The notes: generated by a model not told the origin, from the sequence alone. Shown: positions 7,590 to 15,582, counted from the first letter of the stretch. The stretch is 33,322 nt of DNA from Candidatus Paceibacter sp. (GCA_023255765.1 JAGDVT010000033.1:1-33322), one strand, 5' to 3'. Numbers and translations are program-made.

Positions 7590-10500
7590 TTAATAATAAT
7601 TCTTTTTGGTTTAAATATGTTAAATACATTGAATATACTTGCAAATAAATTTTTTGTAATTTCAAAGATTCTTTTAATTAAGCTAATTCTACTTTCTTTT
7701 TGGATTTGAGAGGTAGGTTCTTCTTGGGGTAAGCTTTCTTCTTCTTGTTGAGATTGGCTTTGAGATATAGAAGAATTTATCTCATCTTCGATTTTTTGGA
7801 CAATTTCATTGTAACTTTTGCATAGTTCATATTCTCTATCCATTATATCATTAATTTTATCTATATTATTTTCTAAAACAGAAGAAATCTGATTAATCTC
7901 TTCATTGCTTAATTTAGATAAATATTCGTCCCAAATTTTACCTTTTTCTTTATCTAATTGTTTATTTAATTCCTCTAATTTTGCTTTTAATTCATTTAAT
8001 TTTTGTAATTTGTTCCAAAATTCTATATCTTGAGAAGATCTATTTTTTATGATTTCAATAGCTTCTTTATATCCTTGGGAAAGTTGATAGATAAACTCTA
8101 AAGTTTCTCCAAGCCTCAAAATTATAGCCTTCCCCTCTGCTTGATTGAGGCTTTTATTTTTTTTAGCTATCCCTATTTCATAATCATAAATTCCTTTATC
8201 TTTTGCATATTTAATAGTACTTGAAGCATAATTGTTTAAACTATCGAAATAATCATAAATTCTATCAATTTCTTGAGAAATTTTTTCTGATAGTACATTT
8301 TGAGCAGTTAATTTAGTTAAAAGATTATTAATTGAAGCTAAAAAGCTTTCACTCTGTATACCTGATTTTTTAGCAGGAGAATTGTATAATGAATAAAATA
8401 TGTAAATTAGGTCATGAACAATAAAATAAGTTGAAATACGAGCATCACTAGAGCCATTTATGCGGGTCTTGTAGTAATAAAAATCTATACCCAATGTGCT
8501 ATTTTCAAATCTACTTTTAATTTCCTCATATGATTTACCTCTTAAACAATTTAAAATATGAGTAGGATAAAAATCTGAAAAGAATGAAAGCTTTTCTCTA
8601 TTTCCTAAACTAGGAGAGCATAAAGTATAATTTGGATTTTCTCCAACCATATCTCCATTTACAAAAATATATTCTAAAGGAAAATTACTTATACCTCCTT
8701 TTTCTAAATCAAGATAATCTTCAAAAAATTGAGAAATTTTACTTCCATATGCATAAGAGAATTTGTCAAAAATCTCGCTTATTTTTCTATTAAATTCATT
8801 AAAAGTTTGTTCTACTTCTTTATTTAATCTTTCTATTTCAGCAGTAGTGCTTGCTATTTGGTTTTCTAAATTAGTTATTGTAGCATTTCTTAATTCTAAA
8901 GTTATTTTACTTAGATCACTTAAGGTAGAAGAAGCTTGATCCAAAGAGCCTATAATACTGTTTAATTCAGAGACCAAGGTATTATTATTTTCTTGTAAAT
9001 TATATAAACTTCCTAAGTTAGATTCTGAAATTTTGTCTCTATAATTATTATTTTCAATTTCCTGAAGAAGATTAGTTATAGTAGCATTATTTTCGTTTAA
9101 TTTATCAGATATATTTTGAAAACTGCTTAAAATTTTAACTAATTTTGAAGATTCATTTTTAATATCAGAAGTCATTAAATCTGTTATTGTTTTACCTTGA
9201 GATTGCAAAGTTTGTTTACACATATCTGAAAATCCTTTTACACTTAAGACTTCTGTTTTTTTGCATATATTTTCTATCCTTTGGGAGCTATAAGCATTCT
9301 TAATGTCAGTAATTATTTCATTTTTAGATTTTCTGCTTTCTAAACTTGCAAATCCTTTGTCTATTATATTAAATAGTTTTGTAGCAATCCAAGTTCTTAC
9401 AAATGATGCCAAAACAGTAGCTGCCCTTTCTTGTGATTTAAAGAAATCTAAAGGAGAGGTCAATATTTGCTCTTTTAATTTTTCATAGTCAGATGGAGAA
9501 CTAATTGTTGGTCCTGATATAGCACATCTTGGGTCTTCTCCTGTTATATTTTTTTCTTGTTCAATTCTTTTATCTACTTCTGCTAATTTTCTATAAAGCT
9601 CATCTGCCTTTTTCTCATCACCCCTGTCCATAGCTTCATTTATTTGTCTTGTTAATTCTTCCTTTTCAACTTCACTCCAAGTTTTAATACATTCTGACTT
9701 TGGTTTAAATACTAATCCGCCTGGCTGTGATGATTCTATATCTAATTTTTCTTTTTCTTTATCTAATTCTCTTAATATATTTGCAAAATCCGAAGATAAA
9801 AGCCAAGAACAATTTCTACTATGTATCTCTCTGTTTATGATTTCATTAATATCGAAATAAATAATATTTGACATGCTTAAGTTTTGGTTAGTGTAAAATT
9901 GGGCTACCAGATTTTTAGGATTTATTATTTTGAATATATTAGCAAAAACATTTGTAGATTTTCCTTCTACTTTGGCTATTAATTTATTTGGTTTAGAATT
10001 TAAGGCATAAACAGAACCTTCTTCTTCGGTTTCAGATATAGGATTTTCTAATCCTAAATCTTTATAAACCAAAATTTCCTCTTCAGGCTCGCAAACTCTT
10101 TTTTCTAATATGTTAATTTTTTGATATTTAATAAAAGAATCAAAATATCTAATTAATTTTCCTGAATTTTCGGATTCAGATAATATGTTTCTTCCAGAAA
10201 GCAAGATATTTCCTAAAATACCATCTAAGCAACCTTTTAATTCTTCTGGAATGCATTGCAAATTTTTATATTTATTCAATATCCTAGTTAAAGCCTTTTG
10301 CTGGGCTAAGAATAACCTAAAATTTCTATAAGCATTTATATCTTTGATAAAATTACCAAGAATTTTATTATATATTAAATCGTTTATTTTATTAATTAAT
10401 TTAAATTTAAAATACTCTATTGCATCTTTAATAGCAAGTTGGATAGATGCCTTTATTGAGGCCAAAACATTTTTTGTGCTTTCCTTAATAGAATTTCTTA

Positions 10501-10861
10501 TATCAGCATTAACTTCTTTCGCACCAACAGGCACTTTACCAAATAAACCCTCCACAAAACTTCCAACTAAATCCATGGCTAATCCTGTTATTACACCCCT
10601 TATCAATTCTTCTAAAAAAGATGGCGGCTTTTCTTCAAATCCTGCAAAATTTTCAAATTCACTTATATATTCAACTGTTTCAGTTGCTGCTTCAAGTTCC
10701 TCTATTTTTATATATTGAGGAGGCTCACATCTTAATTTGTAAGAAGAAAAATCTACTTTATTTTGATTGTCTTGCTCGTTATTTTGAGCAAAAATTAAAT
10801 CTACTTTTATGCTTAAATTCAATAAACTTATAATAATGAAAAATATAAAAATTTTTTTCAT
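7586..10861 (-). CDS. Large secreted coiled-coil protein, 1091 aa, function unknown
   Basis: Signal-peptide-like N-terminus MKKIFIFFIIISLLNLSIKVDLIFAQ. Long N/K/E/S-rich helical stretches and an internal NATITNL repeat. ATGA overlaps with both neighbouring genes (7586-7589 and 10858-10861). Confidence 0.7.
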   Translation of the reverse strand: MKKIFIFFIIISLLNLSIKVDLIFAQNNEQDNQNKVDFSSYKLRCEPPQYIKIEELEAATETVEYISEFENFAGFEEKPPSFLEELIRGVITGLAMDLVGSFVEGLFGKVPVGAKEVNADIRNSIKESTKNVLASIKASIQLAIKDAIEYFKFKLINKINDLIYNKILGNFIKDINAYRNFRLFLAQQKALTRILNKYKNLQCIPEELKGCLDGILGNILLSGRNILSESENSGKLIRYFDSFIKYQKINILEKRVCEPEEEILVYKDLGLENPISETEEEGSVYALNSKPNKLIAKVEGKSTNVFANIFKIINPKNLVAQFYTNQNLSMSNIIYFDINEIINREIHSRNCSWLLSSDFANILRELDKEKEKLDIESSQPGGLVFKPKSECIKTWSEVEKEELTRQINEAMDRGDEKKADELYRKLAEVDKRIEQEKNITGEDPRCAISGPTISSPSDYEKLKEQILTSPLDFFKSQERAATVLASFVRTWIATKLFNIIDKGFASLESRKSKNEIITDIKNAYSSQRIENICKKTEVLSVKGFSDMCKQTLQSQGKTITDLMTSDIKNESSKLVKILSSFQNISDKLNENNATITNLLQEIENNNYRDKISESNLGSLYNLQENNNTLVSELNSIIGSLDQASSTLSDLSKITLELRNATITNLENQIASTTAEIERLNKEVEQTFNEFNRKISEIFDKFSYAYGSKISQFFEDYLDLEKGGISNFPLEYIFVNGDMVGENPNYTLCSPSLGNREKLSFFSDFYPTHILNCLRGKSYEEIKSRFENSTLGIDFYYYKTRINGSSDARISTYFIVHDLIYIFYSLYNSPAKKSGIQSESFLASINNLLTKLTAQNVLSEKISQEIDRIYDYFDSLNNYASSTIKYAKDKGIYDYEIGIAKKNKSLNQAEGKAIILRLGETLEFIYQLSQGYKEAIEIIKNRSSQDIEFWNKLQKLNELKAKLEELNKQLDKEKGKIWDEYLSKLSNEEINQISSVLENNIDKINDIMDREYELCKSYNEIVQKIEDEINSSISQSQSQQEEESLPQEEPTSQIQKESRISLIKRIFEITKNLFASIFNVFNIFKPKRIIIK

Positions 10862-11499
10862 AATTTTTCAATTAATTTTTCTTGTAAATCCGATAAATTA
10901 TTTAAAATAGACATTAAAATAAAAGATTGCTCACTATCATTTGTTGATGCTAAGTTATTTAACGTAAGTCCCATTAATGAAAGAATAAAAGTTTCTGCTC
11001 TATGAAAATCATAATATTCTTTAGGAACCTCTATTTTAGAGAAATCCTCTGCTATTGATAAAATAAGTTCTCCAGAGTTTTTGATAGATTCTTTATTGTC
11101 GAAATCAATTTGAATAAATTTAAGCTTGTTTAAAACATTTTTTACTTCATTAGCATATTCTTTTAAGTTTTTATCATTCTTTATTTTTATATTATTAATA
11201 TATCTAGCTGTAAGTTCAATTAAATTTGCCTCTAATTCAATTTTTTTATTTTGTAATTTAAGTTTTTCTAATTTATTTGCAAAATATAATTCTTTTGCAA
11301 TTTTTTTATCAGGTGTTTCTAAAAATTTAATTACTTCTTTAAATTCTGGGGGAGCTGACTCTAATATTTCTTTATATTTATTTTTATCTTCTTTTTCAGA
11401 TAATTTTATATTCTTTTTAATATTAAAAAATCCAATAATAGTTATAATTAGAAAAATAAAAATTATTACTGCTCCAATTAAAACCTTTTTGTTTTTCAT
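10858..11499 (-). CDS. Bitopic membrane protein, 213 aa, first gene of the T4SS-like operon
   Basis: A single N-terminal TM helix (VLIGAVIIFIFLIITIIGFF) is followed by a helical K/E/N-rich domain. Its ATG lies 4 nt downstream of tRNA-Thr. Confidence 0.6.
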   Translation of the reverse strand: MKNKKVLIGAVIIFIFLIITIIGFFNIKKNIKLSEKEDKNKYKEILESAPPEFKEVIKFLETPDKKIAKELYFANKLEKLKLQNKKIELEANLIELTARYINNIKIKNDKNLKEYANEVKNVLNKLKFIQIDFDNKESIKNSGELILSIAEDFSKIEVPKEYYDFHRAETFILSLMGLTLNNLASTNDSEQSFILMSILNNLSDLQEKLIEKL

Positions 11500-11503
11500 A
11501 TTG

Positions 11504-11575
11504 AGCCAGCAGCGGGATTCGAACCCGCAACCTACTCCTTACGAAGGAGCCGCTCTACCATTGAGCTATGCTGGC
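11504..11575 (-). tRNA. tRNA-Thr (anticodon CGU), no encoded CCA
   Basis: Hand-folded cloverleaf on the minus strand: GCCAGCA TA GCTC AATGGTA GAGC G GCTCC TTCGTAA GGAGT AGGTT GCGGG TTCGAAT CCCGC TGCTGGC T. The GC-rich island stands out from the AT-rich background. Confidence 0.9.
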
Positions 11576-11598
11576 CTATTAAAATAATTTTAAAATAA

Positions 11599-11883
11599 TC
11601 AAAAATTTTCTGGTAATATAATAACTTTTTCTCCGGGTTCTACCAAATTAAACTTTTCTTTTAATTCTTTTTTTAAATTTTCTGGATCAGATAAATATTC
11701 CAATTTTCTTTTTAATTCTTTATTTTCTTTTTCTAGTCTATCTACGTAATTTTTATACAATCTATATTCCTCTTTTAATGGTTTATTTACTCTTTTTTCC
11801 TTTATTATTAAATATCCTAAATATATAACTATAATAAATTGAAAAATTAAAATAAATTTAATAAACCTATCAGACATTTTCAA
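11599..11883 (-). CDS. FtsB/DivIC-like septum formation initiator
   Basis: 94 aa. An N-terminal TM helix and a coiled coil (LEKENKELKRKLEYL) are followed by SDPENLKKELKEKFNLVEPGEKVIILP, which is typical of this family. Confidence 0.6.
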   Translation of the reverse strand: MKMSDRFIKFILIFQFIIVIYLGYLIIKEKRVNKPLKEEYRLYKNYVDRLEKENKELKRKLEYLSDPENLKKELKEKFNLVEPGEKVIILPENF

Positions 11884-12205
11884 AAATTTTAATTTTTATT
11901 TTCTCTCCGAACATTATAGTAATTAAACATCTTTTATATTCATCAATTCTATTTCTGTTTACATAATGCAAGATAATCTTTTCTAACCTTTCTTGTTTAT
12001 TTCTATTGTAATGAAAAGAAGGATCAACTATATTGTTTTTCTTTCCTGATTTCACTTCAAAAAAATAATAAATATTATCTTTTAATGCAATTATATCTAT
12101 CTCCCCATATCTTTTAATCCAATAATTTGTTTTTATTATTTTATATCCTTTTTTAGTCAAAAATTTTTTCGCTATTTTTTCTGCTAAATTACCTAAATTA
12201 CGCAT
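11870..12205 (-). CDS. yraN: YraN-family (UPF0102) endonuclease-like protein
   Basis: 111 aa. GNLAEKIAKKFLTKKGYKIIKTNYW..YGEIDIIA...YFFEVKSGK matches the YraN pattern G..E..A..L...G......N.....GE.D.I.....EVK. Confidence 0.75.
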   Translation of the reverse strand: MRNLGNLAEKIAKKFLTKKGYKIIKTNYWIKRYGEIDIIALKDNIYYFFEVKSGKKNNIVDPSFHYNRNKQERLEKIILHYVNRNRIDEYKRCLITIMFGEKIKIKIFENV

Positions 12206-12207
12206 TT

Positions 12208-12693
12208 TTAATAAAAAAATTTTCTATACCAAATTTCCCATAAAGGTATTGATTCTTCGTACTCATCTAAAAATTGATTTAATGTTTCTCTAATTTCTTC
12301 TACATCTAAATAAAATTCAAGAGGGATTGATTGTCCTATTTTCATAAAACCTTTTGGTACAAAATATATAAAATATCTATCACCGCCTTGAAAAATTTCA
12401 AATCCAAGAATATCATCCCATTTATAAAATTTATTATTCACATATAACCCTTCATTATTTATTTTTATTCTCAACTCTTTTGGTTCATAAAATGCAGGAT
12501 GAAAAAAGAAAAATAAAGCAATAAAAGAAATCACAAGATATAAAAAATCTTTAACTATTATTGAATATAAAATAGAAGCTCCTACTACAATTCCCCAAAA
12601 TAAATGCCATAATATATCTCCGTAAGGATGTTCATAATGAGATAAGGTTGTCCAGGAATATTCGAATTTTGGTATATTTTTATTTAAAGCCAT
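12208..12693 (-). CDS. Hypothetical membrane protein, 161 aa
   Basis: Two hydrophobic helices are followed by a small soluble domain. No motif recognised. First gene after the divergent intergenic region. Confidence 0.55.
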   Translation of the reverse strand: MALNKNIPKFEYSWTTLSHYEHPYGDILWHLFWGIVVGASILYSIIVKDFLYLVISFIALFFFFHPAFYEPKELRIKINNEGLYVNNKFYKWDDILGFEIFQGGDRYFIYFVPKGFMKIGQSIPLEFYLDVEEIRETLNQFLDEYEESIPLWEIWYRKFFY

Positions 12694-12732
12694 ATTTTAT
12701 TAATTAAAATACTTGATTATAATTATAAAATA
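12694..12732. promoter_or_regulatory. 39-bp divergent intergenic region with a palindromic TTATAATTATAA element (possible shared -10 elements)
   Basis: TATAAT occurs on the plus strand at 12718-12723, only 9 nt before the leuS ATG. The 12-mer at 12717-12728 is its own reverse complement, so it also presents a TATAAT-like hexamer to the minus-strand genes. Low information content in a genome this AT-rich. Confidence 0.25.
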
Positions 12733-15150
12733 ATGAGTTATCCGTTTAAAAAAATAGAAAAAAAGTGGCAAAAAGTTTGGGCTAAGAATAATTACAAAAT
12801 TTGGCATGCTAAAGACTTTAAAGGCAAGAAAATATATATTTTAGATATGTTTCCTTATCCTTCCGGAGATGGACTGCATGTTGGTCATGTTCTTGGATAT
12901 ACAGGCACAGATATTTTATCTAGATACTATAGAATGAAAGGATATAATGTGCTTCATCCTATGGGATGGGATGCATTTGGATTGCCTGCTGAAAATTATG
13001 CAATAAAAATGAAAAAGAATCCTATGACATTTGTGCCTAAAAACATCAAAAGATATAAAATGCAGATGAATATGATAGGGTTAAGCTATGATTGGCAAAG
13101 AGAAATAAATACTACTGACCCAGAATATTATAAATGGACACAATGGATGTTTTTAAAAATGTTTGAAAAAGGTTTGGTGTACGAAAAGCTAGCTCCTATA
13201 AATTTTTGTCCTTCGTGCAAAACAGGTTTAGCAAACGAAGAAGTAATTGGAGGTAGATGTGAAAGATGCGGCTCTAAAACTGAAACAAAATATTTAAATC
13301 AATGGCATATAAAAATAACAGCATATGCAGATAGATTACTTGAAGACTTAGAAGAATTAAATTGGCCAGAAAATGTAAAAGAAATGCAAAGAAATTGGAT
13401 AGGAAAAAGCGAAGGATATGAAATTGACTTCAAAATAGTAGGTTATGACTATAAAATAACTATCTTTACTACCAGATTAGATACTATATTCGGAGTTACA
13501 TTTTTAGTTTTAGCCCCAGAGCATCCATTATGTTTGAAGATTGCAAAAGAAGACTATTATTTTAATGTTGAAAATTATATAGAAAATGCATTAAAAAAAC
13601 CAGAAAGAGAAAGAAAAACAGAGGAAGAAGTTACTGGTGTATTTACCGGCTCTTATGCTATACATCCATTAACAGGTGAAAAAGTTCCTATATGGATTAG
13701 CGATTATGTTTTATTTACTTATGGAACAGGTGCGATAATGGGAGTGCCTGGCCATGACTCAAGAGATTACGATTTTGCTAAAAAATTTAGCTTAAAAATA
13801 ATTCCAGTAATAGGCCCAGAAAAAGGCAAAGAACCAGAAAATCTTCCATATGAAGAATATGGCTATCTTATAAATTCATTTGATTATAATGATTTAGATT
13901 CCAAAACAGCAATTCAAAAAATAGGAGAAGAGTTAGAAAAGAGAGGTATAGCTAAAAAAGCAATATATTATAAATTAAGAGATTGGATTTTTTCAAGGCA
14001 AAGATATTGGGGGGAACCGATCCCTCTTGTAAGATGTCCTAAATGTGGGATAGTGCCGTTAAGTGAAAAAGATTTGCCATTAAAATTACCAAAAGTAAAA
14101 AATTATGAACCAACTGGTACAGGAGAATCTCCTCTAAAAAATATATCTAAATGGGTTAAAACAAAATGTCCAAAATGTAAAGGACCAGCAGAAAGAGAAA
14201 CTCATACAATGCCTCAATGGGCAGGTTCTTGTTGGTATTATTTAAGGTATATAGATCCTAAAAACAAAAAACAATTTGCTGACAAGAAAAAATTAAAGTA
14301 TTGGTTACCAGTAGATATATATGTAGGAGGAGTTGAGCATGCTGTTTTACATCTTCTCTATGCAAGATTTTGGCATAAGTTTTTATATGATTTAGGATTA
14401 GTTCCTACAAAAGAGCCATTTATGAAATTAGTTAATCAAGGCTTAATTTTAGGACCTGATCATGAAAAAATGTCAAAATCAAGAGGAAATGTAATAATCC
14501 CAGACGATATAGTTAAAAAATATGGAGCAGATACTTTAAGAATGTATGAAATGTTTATGGGACCATTTGAAGATGTAAAGCCATGGGATACTCAAGGAAT
14601 ATTAGGAATTCATAGATTTTTAAATAAAATATGGATAATTTCTAAAAAAATTAAAAAAGACAAAATAAAGAAGGAAAAGGATAACGAAATATTAACCGAA
14701 ATTAATAAATTAATTAAAAAAGTAAGCGAAGACATTGAGAATTTTAAATTTAATACAGCAATAAGTTCTATGATGGAATTTGTTAATTTCATATCTGATA
14801 AAAAAGTATCTATAGAAACATGGATGAAATTTGTGAAATTACTATTTCCATTTGCCCCACATTTAGCACAAGAAATTTGGTCAATGTTTGGGAACAAAAA
14901 GCTTTTAGATTATGAAAAATGGCCTGAATATGAAGAAAAATATATAAAAGAAAAACATATAAAATTAATAATCCAAATAGATGGGAAGAAGAGAGATGAA
15001 ATCGAAATAGAAGAAACTGCACTAGATTTTGATAAGATTAAAAACTTAGTATTAAACAGAGAAAGAATAAAGAAATTTATAAAAGACAAAAAAATAGATA
15101 AAATTATTTTTGCTCAAAATAAAATAATCAATATAGTAACAAAAAGTTAA
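12733..15150 (+). CDS. leuS: Leucyl-tRNA synthetase
   Basis: 805 aa. HIGH-type motif (GLHVGHVLGY), KMSKS motif, the CP1 editing domain start TTRLDTIFGVTFLVLAPEHP, and zinc-binding CPSC/CERC pairs. Confidence 0.97.
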   Translation: MSYPFKKIEKKWQKVWAKNNYKIWHAKDFKGKKIYILDMFPYPSGDGLHVGHVLGYTGTDILSRYYRMKGYNVLHPMGWDAFGLPAENYAIKMKKNPMTFVPKNIKRYKMQMNMIGLSYDWQREINTTDPEYYKWTQWMFLKMFEKGLVYEKLAPINFCPSCKTGLANEEVIGGRCERCGSKTETKYLNQWHIKITAYADRLLEDLEELNWPENVKEMQRNWIGKSEGYEIDFKIVGYDYKITIFTTRLDTIFGVTFLVLAPEHPLCLKIAKEDYYFNVENYIENALKKPERERKTEEEVTGVFTGSYAIHPLTGEKVPIWISDYVLFTYGTGAIMGVPGHDSRDYDFAKKFSLKIIPVIGPEKGKEPENLPYEEYGYLINSFDYNDLDSKTAIQKIGEELEKRGIAKKAIYYKLRDWIFSRQRYWGEPIPLVRCPKCGIVPLSEKDLPLKLPKVKNYEPTGTGESPLKNISKWVKTKCPKCKGPAERETHTMPQWAGSCWYYLRYIDPKNKKQFADKKKLKYWLPVDIYVGGVEHAVLHLLYARFWHKFLYDLGLVPTKEPFMKLVNQGLILGPDHEKMSKSRGNVIIPDDIVKKYGADTLRMYEMFMGPFEDVKPWDTQGILGIHRFLNKIWIISKKIKKDKIKKEKDNEILTEINKLIKKVSEDIENFKFNTAISSMMEFVNFISDKKVSIETWMKFVKLLFPFAPHLAQEIWSMFGNKKLLDYEKWPEYEEKYIKEKHIKLIIQIDGKKRDEIEIEETALDFDKIKNLVLNRERIKKFIKDKKIDKIIFAQNKIINIVTKS

Positions 15151-15506
15151 AAGCCTAAAGCGCTTCCATAACCAGTTATAGTACCTATAGTAAATATTGG
15201 AATTGGATGTGGAAATGCTGGTTTTAGGCATACCCCACCTGGTACCCACCAACCTAACATTTTAGTACCAGGCTTAGGAGGATAAATATAATTCAAATAT
15301 CTATTACTTCCTACGGGTACAAAATAAGGACCAGGTGGAATATTAACGAAATTCCCTGCAGGAGGTTGAACTTTTATCATTACTCCGCCATTTAAGCAAG
15401 GAAAAGGGAAAACAAAAACTACTCTTGGAGTACCAAAAGGAAGGCCTTGTGAAAAAGAAATAAAAGGAAGAAATAGAAATATAAATAAAAACAAAATTTT
15501 TTTCAT
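15147..15506 (-). CDS. Small secreted Pro/Gly-rich protein, 119 aa, function unknown
   Basis: The signal peptide MKKILFLFIFLFLPFISFSQG is followed by a P/G/V-rich sequence with two Cys. Its ATG lies 4 nt after tRNA-Ile. Its stop overlaps the leuS stop by 4 nt in convergent orientation. Confidence 0.5.
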   Translation of the reverse strand: MKKILFLFIFLFLPFISFSQGLPFGTPRVVFVFPFPCLNGGVMIKVQPPAGNFVNIPPGPYFVPVGSNRYLNYIYPPKPGTKMLGWWVPGGVCLKPAFPHPIPIFTIGTITGYGSALGF

Positions 15507-15510
15507 AATG

Positions 15511-15582
15511 TGCGGCTGGGAGGATTCGAACCTCCGACCTGGTGTTTATAAGACACCCGCTCTGCCACTGAGCTACAGCCGC
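15511..15582 (-). tRNA. tRNA-Ile with genomically encoded UAU anticodon, no encoded CCA
   Basis: Hand-folded on the minus strand: GCGGCTG TA GCTC AGTGGCA GAGC G GGTGT CTTATAA ACACC AGGTC GGAGG TTCGAAT CCTCC CAGCCGC A. The anticodon loop CTTATAA places TAT at positions 34-36. Confidence 0.85.

Noticed and set aside
1-11575. Reading the T4SS-like cluster as an integrative conjugative element inserted at tRNA-Thr.
   Set aside because: The window contains no integrase, relaxase, coupling protein or partial duplicate of the tRNA-Thr 3' end, and the cluster is co-transcribed in orientation with housekeeping genes. The distal end lies beyond position 1, so this is unsupported rather than formally excluded.
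11126-11587. 153-aa plus-strand ORF spanning the 213-aa gene and tRNA-Thr.
   Set aside because: It is antisense to a coding gene, and its C-terminus is simply the reverse complement of the tRNA (..QQRDSNPQPTPYEGAALPLSYAG). It is a shadow ORF.
14610-15252. Minus-strand ORFs 14610-14897, 14810-15022 and 15052-15252, antisense to the 3' part of leuS.
   Set aside because: They lie inside the strongly supported leuS frame (or its junction) and have low-complexity hydrophobic translations. Other antisense ORFs are rejected on the same grounds: 16521-16724, 17015-17221, 22474-22656, 27377-27625, 31233-31433, 31448-31741 and 32830-33033. So is the same-strand, out-of-frame ORF at 23529-23756, which lies inside the AI-2E transporter gene.
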